This document shows positions 38,201 through 51,800 of a DNA stretch of 64,000 nucleotides, piece after piece. How positions within the stretch are numbered: the stretch's first letter is position 1; the number at the start of each line of letters is the position of its first letter. The notes under the pieces are model-generated. The model ran no database searches, was not told where the DNA came from, and saw only the letters and a list, made by a program, of their open reading frames with translations. The translations under genes and the position numbers were made by a program. The stretch spans positions 38,611,703-38,675,702 of the forward strand of contig CP154954.1 of NCBI GenBank assembly GCA_039621445.1. The letters are read 5' to 3'. This stretch comes from Euglena gracilis (lineage: Eukaryota).

Positions 38201-39818
38201 TCCGGCGCTTTGCGCCGAAAATTTTTTGCATTTTTGGCCAATTTTTGCCCAAAAAGTGCCCAAAATGGCACTTTTGGTCGTTTTGGGGGGTCAAAAATTT
38301 TCGGTCACCCTGACCGCGCCACTGTTTAGGTGGGGGGGTGTCCCCCCACCCCCCCCCTCCTGGCCCGCAGGGTGTCCCCCCCACCCCCCCCTCCTCTCCT
38401 TATATCGAACCCTGGCCCTCTATCACCCCCCGTTCGCCATTGTTTCGGCGCGGTTTTGAGGCCCAAAACGGCCATTTGGGAGTGTTTTTTGGCCGTTTTT
38501 TTTTGGTCAAAAAGTCGATTTTTCAAAAATATATCCACAATGAAGCAAAATCAAAGGAAAAGTCCGGAGAGCAAAAATGAAGCCCTTGGATGTATTATTT
38601 TTCCCCCAACTCTTCGTGTAGCCCGAGTTACGGCCATTTTTCGGCCAATTTTGGCCCAATTCAGGGGCCATTTTGGGCTGTTTTCGGCGTCAAAAAAAAC
38701 GATGTTTTCAAAATATCTCGAAAATGAAGCAAAATCAAAGGAAATGTCCGGAGACCAAATTTGAAGCCGTTGGAACGCCATCCAACAGTATTTTGCTTTT
38801 TCTGCCGCTCTGGGGGGGCGGGGGGGGTCCAACCCCCCCTTTTCCCCAGGGGTAAGCTTCGCTCTTACTCTAAAGAGATAAAAGCTCAGATCAGGGATTT
38901 TTTTAAGTTTGGACCCCGGGGGGGGGAGGGGGAGGGGTAGGGTGGGTGGGTCCGCCGGACCCCCTCCCCCCCGGGGGGGGGGTCCCCCCGGAGGGGGGTG
39001 GGATATACTTTTCGGCGCCGCAGGCGCCGAAAAAAATTCTATTTTTAGCACTTTTCGCAATTTTTCGGCCATTTTTTGTGGGTCCCCCGGACCCCCCTCC
39101 CCCCCCGGGCCCCCCCCCCCCCAGGGGGGTGGGTGGGTGGGGGGGGGACCCCCCCTCCCCCCCCGTCTTAAAAAAACCCCTGGCTCAGATACCCCACATA
39201 CCCCCATCCCCGGTATGGGGGCCCCGGCTTGTATGGGAATCTCGGAGGGGGGACCCCCTTCCAAAACTAGGGCCCTGTTTTGGGTCAAAAAACCAATTTT
39301 TCCAAAATTTCTCATAAATGGTGGGGAATCAAAGGAAATGTCCGGAGACCTAACTTGAAGCCTTTAAAATGCCCTATCTAACAGTATTTTGATTACCCCG
39401 CAACTCCCCGCCTAGCCCGAGTTACGGCCATTTTTCGGCCATTTTTGGCCATTTTGTACAGTTTTGGCCTGTTTTGATTTGGCCTTTTTTTTGGCCTTTT
39501 TTTTGGGTGAAAAAGACGAAAAAAATTTTTACCCGTAACGATGTTTTTTGGACTCTTGGACACGGAAAACGTGTTTTTGCGCCGAAAATGAGTGAATTTT
39601 GGGCCAAAAAGTCGAAAAAACCAACAAAAGAGATAGGGGTGGTATGGGGGGGGTTAAAATCATTGAAAGTTACCGTAAATTGCAGGTGTGTAATTTGTAA
39701 TTCATAAATTATGCAAAATTTGCAATGCTAGTCTTTTCGGCCTTCCATCACATGCAAGTCAGCATTATTCAAAACCTGGTTTAATTGGTCCCCAGATTTT
39801 CCTGCAAAACGACAGATT

Positions 39819-39857
<39 letters not shown>

Positions 39858-42800
39858 TTATATATATATATATATATATAGATATATATTAGACACAGAT
39901 CAGGTATATTTTTTCCCCGGGGGGATCCAGGGGGGGGGTCGGAAACCAGGGGTTTTTTTAGTTGTGGACCCCCGGGGGGGGAGGGAGGGGGTCGGGAACC
40001 AGGGGTTTTTTTTAGTCGTGGACCCCCGGGGGGGGAGGGGGGGTAGGGTGGGTGGGTCCGGCCGAGCCCCCCCGGGGGGGGGGGCCCCCCGGAGGGGGTG
40101 GGATATACTTTTCGGCGCCAAAGGCACCGAAAAAGTGCTATTTTTAGCATTTTTCGCGATTTTTCGGCCATTTTTTGTGGGTCCCCTGGGACCCCCCGGT
40201 CTTAAAAAAAACCTCTGGCGGAAACCCCCCAGGCACCGGGACAGTTTAATGGGTCCCGCACAAAATGATGCACCGGAAAAAGTATCAACCAGATGCCATG
40301 CGGGTGTGCGGGGGTGTGGGGGGTATGGGTGGCCCACTTTCAGGGGGTGATGTGACCCTTTTTGAATTCCAATTCAAGGGTTCTTTTTCCATTGGTCTTG
40401 CAGAAAGATCTGTCCCAGAATTTTGTTTCGCGCATGGGTTTTTTGCAAAAATTGGTTTCAGTCCAACGATGAGAAGTGCGCAGTTCAGAGAGTCATTCCT
40501 CCCCTTCCACAGTATTTCAACAGCCTCGCGTACAACGCGGAGCAGAATGTGGACCTACGCAAGGCAGTGGTCCATTATGAGTCTTCAGGAGTCAATGGCC
40601 AAAAGAAGAAGAAGCGGGTTGTTCTCCCTCGTTTCTTTATGTACCTTTTTTGTCCCTTGCATTCTTTTTTTGGATTCCAGTGCAATACAGTCCAATCAGT
40701 GAACGAGGCGGACAATTCGTGATTGATTAATATCTGATGGATCACGTTTGTAGTGTGAGCATCGCTTGATTTATTGATTTATTTGCAATGATTATTGAAG
40801 TGAATGCTTTTGGATCCATTTGCAAATTGAGCTTAAAATGCTGCGATTTCAGGCATGTCTTTTTTTCTGATTTTTCTCTGCGTTTGTCAAAAGAAAGTTC
40901 ATTTTTCTGTGCATTTGCCCTGAAAGCCCCGACCTATCAACCTTCAGATCACATTTATCGACACCCGGGCGACTACAGACGTTGTATCAACGACATCTCC
41001 CGTGGTGGCAAACAGGCTGTCGTTGAGTTTAACCCATCATCAAAAACCTGAAGATATTGGATGTCTGTGAAAAGGTGGTGTGGAGAAGATTGATCATTTG
41101 GCACCAAATTTGTAATGAGAATTAGGGGCCGACATTTGGTGCCTAAAACGTGCGCACCCCTGGATTTATTGGGAGGGGGTTAGTGCATCCAACCTCGAGT
41201 GTGCAATGAGTGGATGGGGAATCATCAGAGGGAGGGACTCACGCATTTTCCTGCGTTTATTTTGTGTGTGTTTTTTTTGGAGATTTGTGGGTTTGGAAAT
41301 GATTTCCATTTCAACAAAATTTCATACCATATTCTCTTTTGACCCAAATTTTAGGCAATATTTTCATTGTATGTTTTTTTTTTGGTAGCACAATTGCTTC
41401 TTCAGCTTGAACATGTTCCCAAACTAACAAAAATCATGTTGGTTTTTTTTGTTTCATGTGGACCCAAAAGAAATGCGCAAAGTCAAGCTTTCGTTATTTA
41501 TTCAACGTCTTTGTGTCTTTTTTCTCCGCGTTTTTGCGTCGCACATTTCTCTCCAGGGCTGAATTGTTATTGCCAGGGCTGAATTGTTCTCAACCCAATG
41601 CCCCGTTGGAGCCTTTTTTGTTTGCCTTCAAGGCATGCACCCCGCACCCCCAGAAGACACCTCCTCCGTATGGAAAGAGGAATTCCACCCTCCAGGGATC
41701 ACAAAGAAAAAGCAGTCTTGCAGCAAAACCCCCGGAAAACGGCCGATCGTGTTCACCTGGCACGCCAATCATGGCCAAGCGGAATGTGGCCAATCCCCAT
41801 CCGTTGGTGACCAACTGGGAGGAAGTCCCACTCAGCCCATTGCTGGATCCTTTCTCCCGGAATCCAATGGAGAGAAATAAACGACAATGTGCTCAGGAGT
41901 GATGTAATGGTTGACAGTTTTTTTGTTGTTCTGCAGCCCCTTCAAGGACAGTGGTCCATCAATGTTTGTTCATTGCCATTCTGCGAACCCCCCCAGTTGT
42001 GTTGTACCCCCCCCCCTAGTCGTACGACCACCCCTCATTTATGACCACCCCCCGGTCACAGGTTGCAGGTCATGGGGGTGTTATGACCCCCCCCCGGTCA
42101 CAGGTTGCAGGTTGCGAAAAATTTAACCCCCAAAAATAAGTCCCCCCCCCCCTGGCCGGTCCGAGTAAAAATCCATGAAATGGACCCCCCCCCAAAATAA
42201 GGTCCCCCCTGCCGGCGCGAAGCGCCGGATTTTTGAAAAATGGGACATTTTGGGGGGGGTAAATCTGCCATTTTGGGACAGTTTTCACACACTTCTACGA
42301 CCGCCCCCTCATCTATGACCACCCCCCGGTCACAGGTTGCAGGTTATGGGGGTGTTATGACCCCCCCGGTCACAGGTTGCAGGAACCCGGTCATACGACT
42401 AGGGGGGGGGTATGAATGCCATAGCATTAACTCTGGCAATCGCAACACGTGGGTGTATTGAATGAAGATGTGGCACACCTTTCCCTTCTGCCCACCACAG
42501 TGCCCATTGTCCGTCTTCTGTTTTTACCCAGTGGAGTCTTTTGAGTCACAATGGTTTTGATGCGCTGTTAATTTTCTTCAGCGGGAGTCACCAAGAGACA
42601 GGCCTTACATAGTGAGGGGGATCAAAGTGGTGCCGCCACCCCCCCCCCCCGGAGTCGGGCCCTCACCGAAGGACACCTCCCCTCCCTACCAAAACTTTGG
42701 GGACAGCCACACAGGGATCTTTGTTCTTTGTTCTTTCACGATGCCGTCCAACCAAAGGCTTTTTCGAAAACCTGGGGACTGGGGGGGTTTGAACACCAGG

Positions 42801-45800
42801 GGTTGGTTTGACACTCACACGGCAATGTCTCGGAAATGGTTGGCACAAGGAAGGGGGTGCCCTTCGTACTTAGAAAGAAAAATGCTAAACGAGACTCTGT
42901 TTTTTTTGTGTTTGTCAGCGCTGGTGTCATCTCGCCCCCCCCCCCAGCACAGGACTCGCCCCGGCCCAAATCTTGTCCCCGGCGGCCCGCCAGCTGCTCC
43001 ACCACACCCCCGCCCCGCCCCCCGCCCCCGCTGGGACAGCGGCCCCAGCGGCCCAGCCCCCGGCCTCGACGACCCCGGGGGCGGTAGCGGCCCAGGCTGT
43101 GCCGTCACTGTCGCTTCCCTCCAGGCTGCCGGAGGCCCCCCCAGGGCATGGCTGTTCCCCAATAATCATGCACCTCCCCCGGCCGACAAGGCAAGCATCC
43201 TAAAGGAATTATGCATCTCACCATTCTCACTCTCCGCATATGAACGCCAAACACACCAAAAATAACATCAGAGATTATGGATATTTATGGATAAGCCCCA
43301 AAACCCCCCAAATGGATAATTTGGCCTGGTGTGGCTGATGAGAATTTTTTGCCTAAGGGGGGGGGGGAAGGGGTCTACATCAGCATACACGAGCGCATAG
43401 TGGATCAACGCCATTTTTATTTTATTTTTGGAATGATGTTTTCATGACACTTGTTGTTGTATGGTATTTGTTGTGCATTTGTTTGGCACTCAATCTGCTT
43501 TATCTTGTTGTGTGGCAACTTTTTTTTTTGGGATAGTTGGCCCAGTCGATACCAGTGTCTTTGCCACAACAGATGAATGCAGATGACGGCATATAATAAA
43601 TTGACCTGCCAACTGTGGGTAAGGGCGGAGTCGCCGGAGGGGTTGCCTTCCCAAGTTTTCAGCTGGGTTTTGCCTCTTTTGGAATAAGCGCTCTGCGTTC
43701 CCTGGCCGCCATCCCCTGCCGCCAGCAGCCCACCATGCAGCAGCAGCTGCAGCAGCAGCAGGCCCTGAAGCAGCAGCAGCTGCAGCAACAGCTGCAACAG
43801 CAGCAGCTGCAATTCCGCCCTGGCCCCATTCAGCCACCTCCCGGTTCCGCCTGTCCCGCCTCCCATCTGGATCAGCAGGGGTTGCCTTTCATAATGTCGG
43901 CAAGGAATGGCGCCAGACCGTAGCAGCAACAGCAGCGGGAGCAGCTGCTCAGAGAACAGCAGCAACGGATGCACCAGCAGTTGTATCAGTCCTCCACCTC
44001 GTCGCCGATGAATTCACCCCGGGGGCCAGCACAGGTAGTAATTAAATTTTGATTCTCGCCTTTTCGGGCCAGAGCTGTGATTTCACTGCTCTCTCCCTTT
44101 CCATCCTGATTTTTTCAACTTCCCAACATTGAGGCAACAATTTGATGATATGATGCATTTTTGATGTGCGAGTTTTTTTTGTGTGTGCAAAGAAGTCTTG
44201 AGCTGTCTCTCTGCATAAGTTGTCACCTGTTCTGTTTCAGGAAAGCAGCAGCATCCAACAGCCACGGCAGTTTGCTGACACGACGCTTCCTCGGCCTTCA
44301 CCACGTCCAAGTCTCTCGCACAGGGTGCATGCTGGAGATTGATTTCCCGAACAAGTTTCCGGGTGGTGCTGGTTACATTTCATCACCCTTGCTTTGTCCA
44401 CTCAGGCATTTATCCCCTCCATTCCTGATTGCGAGCCACGTTGGGTCCAGGTGAAGCCAGGCTTTGTTTGCAAACATGCCTTCTCTCCTGGTTTTTTTAA
44501 ATTGTCTTTCATCCAATTTTCAATCCCAAGCTCACCACAACAGGTCTTTCTGCCGCGCGGGTGCAGGTGATTATGAAAAAATGTCTTTGACATATTTTAC
44601 GTCAGATTTCATACCACAGTCTATTTTATTAATGGCGTTGGGATGAGAGGCGCTTGCACTGGAGGGCACCCCTCGAGCAGCCCCCTTCGGACCCTTCTAT
44701 TAGTGACTATTGGTCACTTGGTGAATCTATTGCTGAATTGGCGAATCAGCTCATTTTATCTCCAATCAAAAAAACTGATGCTTCAAATTCAAAGACAAAA
44801 AAGACAAGTCGAGATTTGCTTACTCAACCAGGCTTTCCCCCCCCCAGAAGGTGCCTCCAAGGTCAGGCGGGGGGGGGGTGACCCCTGGTGGTTGGGTCAT
44901 GGGGTGAGTGGTGCTATATCACACTCCCCTGTGCCACGGTTCGATATAAGGAGGGTGCACGGGTGGAGGGGGGGGGGTGTCCCCCTCCTGGATTGGGGGG
45001 GGTTCACCTTTGGACTGGTTAGCTCCGACTGGAGCTGACCAAATTTCCCTTGACAGTGGCCATTTTACAAGCCGCCGGCACCTTCGGCATAGGGTGAAGG
45101 CAGGTGGGGGGTGGGGGGTCCTCCGGTCCAGGAGGCGGGTCCTGGGGGGGGGGGTCCCTGGGGTGTGTGCCATGGGCAGACACCCCATCGGACAATTTGC
45201 CCCGGCGTTGTTCAAATAAATTTGTGCCCAATCAAATTACATTTTTTTTGTTTTTTTTTGATTCTGTATTTCCATTTCCAGTTTTGGCTTTCCCCCAACT
45301 CCAGCCTTGTGGTCTTGGGTGATGTTTAGCCAATCGCTCTCAGGCCCATGTGCGTCTCATGTGGAACTGCGCAACTCCACGTGTGGGCAACTCCACGTGT
45401 GGCACCCCGTCAACCCCGGGTGTGCAACGGTGCAACGATGTGGCTGGGCCTCCTACAGGGAGACAAGTGAGAACCCAGGTGGCTGTTTTGGGCCCGGCCC
45501 AGCCAGAGAGCCGCAGCGCGCCCCCTGCCGGCCGGCGTCCGAGGAGATCCCCGTGCCGGCCCTGTCCCCGGCCGCCCGCCGGCAGGCGGCCGCCCACAAC
45601 GGGGAGGCCGCCGCCTCCCTGAGCGCCCTCCCGTCCAGTCCCTACTACCAGGCCCCGCCTGCCACGGTGCGGCAGGTCAACCCGAACCTCCGCATGCAGC
45701 CCCAGCAGGTGTGCATGGTGCCACCCGGCTGGTGCAAACTCCATGCACTCACTGTGGAGCTTTTGGGGGGGTCTATCCACTGCAACAATTTACTCGTAGT

Positions 45801-48800
45801 TATTGACAGTAGCAGACAGTCACCAGTAACTGTTTAGTTTCCCCCTGCAGCATGAGATCACGGCAGCCATTTGTGGAGAGGACAAACTGCGTGGGATATT
45901 CAGCCAGGGACGAGCGGCGGTGCCAGCTCCCCAAAGCGGCTTCGGCTTCGTTCTGCCGCAGCCCAACGGCCCCGCATCAGAAGGGCAGCGGCTCGCCCCC
46001 GGCCCCAGCAGCTCCAGCGCCGCCTCTGCCGAGCCCCCCGGCCCTGCACTGAAGTCGTACGTCATCACCAACCGCAACGCGGTGGCCGGCGCCGCGGCGC
46101 CAGAGAAGCGTATGCCACCCCGCTTGTCACATTTGGGGACCCCACTGAGGCTGTGCCACTGGCTGTACAACACCGGGCAGGCGCGCCAAGGCCCCAAGGG
46201 GCAGGGAGGGAGAAAACATGCACTATGCAGTTTTTTTTGCAGTTTTTTTTGGGGGGGGGCAACAGTGCTTGGACATGCAGCCAAGGTACTGCCAAGATAC
46301 TAGGCGGTTTGCCTGCCACAGGGCCCACCTCCCAGCAGATCATCAACCCCAACCTGCTCCGCAACGCATCCGCCGCCCAGCCCACCGCTCCGGCAGCAGA
46401 CCCCGGCTTCTCCTCCAGCGGCGCCAAACGACTGGCATCTGTGTCCCCACTATGACACCAAAAAAAGGAGGCTGGTTCTTTTTGGGGGGGGCCGCCATTT
46501 CCTCCCTCCTGTTTGCCACAGAATAGTCACCGCACGATTTTTTTTAGTTGGCGATTTTCAGGTTGAACAGAAATATCAACCAGGTCGTCCCAGAGGCAAA
46601 ATAAAACCCCTCAGGGTTGGATCGTTTTCTGCATTTTTTGTGTTTGCCACATTTTCCCCATACTTTCCTCGCATCTTTTATTGCAGAACCGTTGAAATGA
46701 AACCGCGCAGAAGTGGTTGTATTCAGGTGTTGCTTAAGCCCCACCCCCAGGGGGTCACCAGGGAATTCCTTTAGCCGCACTGGACCCCCCCCCCCTCAAG
46801 GAGGGTCCAGTCCGGCCAACACTTTTTTCCCAGCCAGTGTCCCAGTTGGGCTGCAGACCCCCCCCTGGGGGGGAGTGGAAAGTGTGGCGAAGCCGGGCTG
46901 GACTGAGAAAGGGGTCAAAATGGCCAAAGTGACTTTTTTATTCATTTTTTTTGGGTTTTGACCTCAAAATGTTGGTGAACTGAAAAATACAACCCAGCTG
47001 GATTTGTGCCTCTTTCTTGCCTGTTTTTTTTGGGGTTCCAGCCTGATACAGCCAGTCGGACCGGACCCTTGGGGAGGCAGCCGGCTGGGGGTGCTTGAAA
47101 AATTCCCGGGTCACTCTGACAATCTCCGGTCATTAAGCGACGTCCTCAAAATCATGACATCTTTTAAAAGAACGGAACACCCACTTCCATTGTTGCGATT
47201 TTTTTTTGTTCCATTGCTGCTGCCTGTCCAGTTGTGGCGGCCGTTGGGGACACACCCCCGCCTCGCAAGCTGCCCACCTCCCCCTTCGTCCTCTCCGCCA
47301 ACCAGCCTCGCAAAGGGTCCCCGCTGCCCCGGCGGGAGAACCGAAGCCCTGTGGCCGCCCAGAGTGCCACCACCGGCCCCGGACAACGGGTGTGTGGGTT
47401 TGGTGGTTTGGGTGTGTGTGGTGTGGGCGTATGCTGTATCTTTCTCTCTGTTTTCTTTTGTGTGTGGGTGGGTGGGTGGTTTGGTGGGTAGGTGGCCCGC
47501 GCTTTGGCAAGTCGGGATCCTCCCACGGCATCATCGCACGGCGGAATGGAGATGAGGGATTGGATCTCAGGACTCAGAATGGAATGGAAGGGGCCTGAGT
47601 GAAGCACAACACTGCTGGAGTGGGGAGTGCGATTTCCACAGCGGGAGACAATCCGCTTGTGCAGCCATCTAATTGTGCAGTTGACACTCAAATTTGGCCG
47701 TTTGGGTGCCCGACCCCCCCCCCCACCAGGCTTTCTCGTATTTCCGGGGGCGCCGATTTTCGGTTAAAATTTCCCCTTTGATGCCCAAGGAATCTTTCCG
47801 CGCGTGGTGCTGTGGTGGGTGGGGTGGGGGGTCCGACCCCCCCACCAACAAGCCCCTGAGCCATTGCGGTGTTTGTGACAGGTTGCACTTTGTGTTGACC
47901 AATTCCCCAATTGAATTGTGTATCATCAAAACAGTTTCATGCTCCCAGGCACTGCCACTTTCGAAATGTTTTGGTCACGCGCAGACGGATGGCCGCTACA
48001 ACAGCAGTCCCCTCCACGAGCGCAGCGGCTACAGCGCGTATGGGGCTTCGGCGTCTTTGTTGACGAACGCTGCTGTCTTGCGGGCCCAGTACATCAACTC
48101 CCCATCACGCTACGACTCGCCAACGCGGGTGTGTTGAGCTTGGGGGACAACGGTGGTGGGGAAGGGCCAATGAAGTGTTCTGCCTGGGGATTGGGGTGTT
48201 CACCCCCCTCCAAACATAAACACCTCAAAAATTTGATTCCAGGATCCACCTCCGCGATCCAACCTGAATGGATGGCTGGGTTCAATAACAGGGCTAGGTC
48301 AGGTTTTAACCTTGCAGTTATAAGTTTTGGGTGCCCCAACCCCAACTTTTTTTGGGTGAAGGGGGAGGTTGCTGACCATTTCAGGGTTTCCTGTGTGAGG
48401 GTCCATAAATAGAGGCAGAATGCAGATCTTTCACAAAGAAAAATAAATGAGTAAAAAATGTATATGATTCCAATTTCAGAAATGTCAAGGTTTGTGCCAT
48501 ACATCTCTCTAAGGTTTTGCGAACCCCCCCCCCCCGGGGGGGGGGGCGGCTGCAGCCAGCCCCGATTTGGGCCCAGCCCAGCCGCAGCAGCCCCCCCCCC
48601 GGGGGGGGGGGGTGCTGCTAGCCCAGCTAGCCAGCCCCTTTTTGGGGGGTCCAGCACAAAATTTTTCGGCGCGAAGCGCCGAAATTTTTTGAAAAATTGT
48701 GTTCAAAAGTGGCCAAAAATGGGGTTTTGGGGGCGTTTGGGGCATTTTTGGGGGGTTTCAGATGCACCATTTTTTCAAAACTGTGTTCTGCAGGTCATTT

Positions 48801-51800
48801 TTGGGCATTTTTCCGATTTCAGTCCAGCTCGCCCCGGTTCGGGTCCAGCCGGGGCCTAGCCCCCCCCCCCCCCCCCCGGGGGGGGGCGGGCTAGCCAGCC
48901 CAAATTTCTAGCCAGCCCAAATTTCTAGCCCTAGCCCAGCACCCCCCCCCCGGGGTCCTTAAAGAGATGTATGGTTTGTGCTAAAAAACCCAACCCTGAA
49001 TTCCGAAGGCAAACCCTAATGCTGATGGGCACAGCCACAGCGTTTTGGGGGCCCCAGCGGCGGAGGCATAGGGCAACCCTTGGTCAGCTGAGGGAAAAGT
49101 GTAACCTGCCCCAAAAATAAGACCCCCCTGCCGATTTTCAGCAAAAATCCAAAAACTGCACCCCCCCAAATAAGCCCTCGAGATTTTTGGGGGAAAACCA
49201 AAAAAGGCCCCCAAAGCCGTGAAAATGCCCAAAATGGGTGATTTTTTTGACATTTTTTGATTTTTGCCCATGTTGCGTGTGTTAGAACTAGCATTTTTTG
49301 CTCATTACCAAAACTTGCCCTTTTTTGGACCTATTTTTGGACCCTCCCACGGGGAGCAATTGTATGGTCCTGTGTTATTTTTGGATTTTTCATGCATGTT
49401 AGATCAATTGAGGTTTTGGGGGGGTTTGCACAACCGCGAACAAAATACGGCGGAAAATCTTCATTGAGGTTTTGGGGGGGTTTGCACAACGGATGACATA
49501 TCCCATATTTTTGCAAACCTGTGTTGTCCTCATGTTTCACACGTTAAAATTGGAAAAACTCTTGTTTCTTCGTGTTAAATCTGTAACAAAACTTTCAACT
49601 TTAGCCTTAAATCCTGGTACAATTGCAAAAAAAAAGCCAACTGATTTTTGTCAAAAACACGGGGGGAATCTGGCTTTTTTTTGAAATTATTTATTTCATT
49701 TATGTTATGCATTTATTTATAATGCAGAATTATGCGGTAATGTGGAATCATACAGAATTATGTGAACAAACCAGTGTAAAAGTGAACAAAGCGGTCATTT
49801 TTTTTCGCCCAACGCTGGCAAAGCAAACCAAATTCAGGTGTATCAGGTGATTGGCCACAACCCGCACCTCTCACACTGATCCGGGCCAGGTGGGGGATCG
49901 TCAAGATGTCATTTGCGGGAGGGGATTTGACAACAAATCCATTCCAAGCCACAATACCACAAATATTGCAAAAGGTCCGATCTTGGCCAGTCTCCCCTTC
50001 AATCCTTTGATCCTGCAGGCGTACGGATCTGATGCAGGGGAGAGCGACGATGGGAAGAAAGGGTTGAAGAAACGGCGGCCTTCGCGCCCACGAGGTCCTG
50101 GCTGTGTTTGGTTTGTGTTTTGTGTTTTGCGTGATCACGGATTGGAAGCTTTTATTTTTCGGCCGGTGCTGATCCAAATATATTGGCTGCTTTGGTAGTG
50201 AAACCCGGGACACTGTCCACATCTTGGAAAAGTTGCCTTCGAGCTTTGAATGGCCATTTTAAAATGCTGCCCTCCCCCCCCCCCCCTTCCAGAGGCCCAG
50301 TGGTGAACCGTGGGGTTGTCGCCAGGCATTTGCTTAAGGGATTGCAGTACCCCCCCCCCCCGGGGGGGGGCTGGACTGCAGCTAGTCCAAATTTGGCTAG
50401 TGGGTTTTCTAGCAGACCCCCCGGGAGGGGGGGGTCTGCTAGCAGGGCTAGCTAGTGGAAAAAAATTTTCCAGTGACCGGCGCGAAGCGCCGAAAATTTT
50501 TTTGGGGACCCCCAAAAATGGCCAAAAATGCCCGTTTTTGCACATTTTTGGGAATTTTTGGAACAAAATCAGCCAAAAACCTGTTAAAAACCTCATTTTT
50601 CCTCTGGCGCACAGCGCCGGAGGAAAAAATTTTTTCTAGTCCGGGGGACCCACGGACCCCCCCCCCCCCCGGGGGGGAGGGGGGGTCTAGCTAGTCCACT
50701 TTTTCCAGTGTCTAGCCGATTGGCTAGCCAGTACCCCCCCCCTGGGGGTCCTTAAGCAAATGCCTGGTTGTCGCTGAAGCCAGAGGACACCCCATCCCAG
50801 GGGCTCCCCCATCGATGTGCTTTAAGTTTGTCCCAGCTGCCCAAAGGGCGGTTAGACGCAGCAGATGTCCTGCAGGTCTCTGGGTCATGCATTTATTGAG
50901 AACCCCCCCCCCCCGGTGGGGTAGTAGTTGACTCGTTGCTTGTCTGCAGATTCTACACCCACTGGTCGGCAACAGTCACCACAAGCCACTGCAGAATGTG
51001 CTTTTTTTGCGATGCCAGGCACCAGATTCCTGCTGGCACACATGAAAGGTGAGCAGGGGTTTTCTTAGACCCCCCCCCCGGGGTGGGGGGGTCCCACAGG
51101 CCGGCCGGAAAATCGTGCAAAAAAATGGTGCAGGTGGGGGGAGAGGGTCCGGCCGGCTGGGAGCTGGACTCGGCGTGTGCCCAGAAAAAAACCCCCCAAA
51201 AAGCCCAAATCTGCTCAGGGCCTCAGCGTCGCTTTGCTTTGGGTTGGCCTCAGGGTTCACATTTGTATATGAACCCCCCTGGGGAGCAGGGCTCCACTTA
51301 AAGAGCCAGAGCGGACCTGGGGGAGAGTTCCAGCCAGCCATGAGATTTCTTCTGGCCAGCATTTTTTTTCAGCCCAGGATCCCCCTCCCCTGGCGACGGA
51401 TTTTATTTTTTTGTTGTTTTTTTGTCTGGCCGCCCAAAGGAGTAATGGATTTTGGAAGGTATTTTGGTGGGCCAAGGGTTGGTTAGCAAGGAGTTGCTCC
51501 GCTCAAAGTTTAAGTCGTCTCACGCTGGGTTGCTTTTCAGGCCGTTTTGATGGAATTGGTGTGTCGGGTCCCAGTTCGACCCCGGCCAGGCCAGTTCCAG
51601 CCTGAGGACCCCGGGGAGGGGCCAGCCAGCAGCTTTCTTCCGGTCGGCTCACATTTTCCCGCCCTGAGCTGGCCGGCCGCCAAGCGGGGGGGCCGGCCTG
51701 GGGCCGAACCAGCGAGGCATTCTGCGGTGCCCGGTACCCCCCAGCCCGCTGCCCCCGGCGCTGCCCCGGTGGAGAGCCGGCTGATGAAACCCACCGCCAG

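Noticed and set aside
37519-39358. Several 200-260 aa ORFs
   Set aside because: They lie entirely within nested MITEs inside an intron; Pro/Gly/Phe-rich artefacts of homopolymer runs.
43921-43923. Stop-codon reassignment (TAG = Gln) as the explanation for in-frame TAGs here and at 26677
   Set aside because: The hairpin intron removes this TAG, the transposase shows other signs of decay, and I saw no internal TAG in the firm exons.
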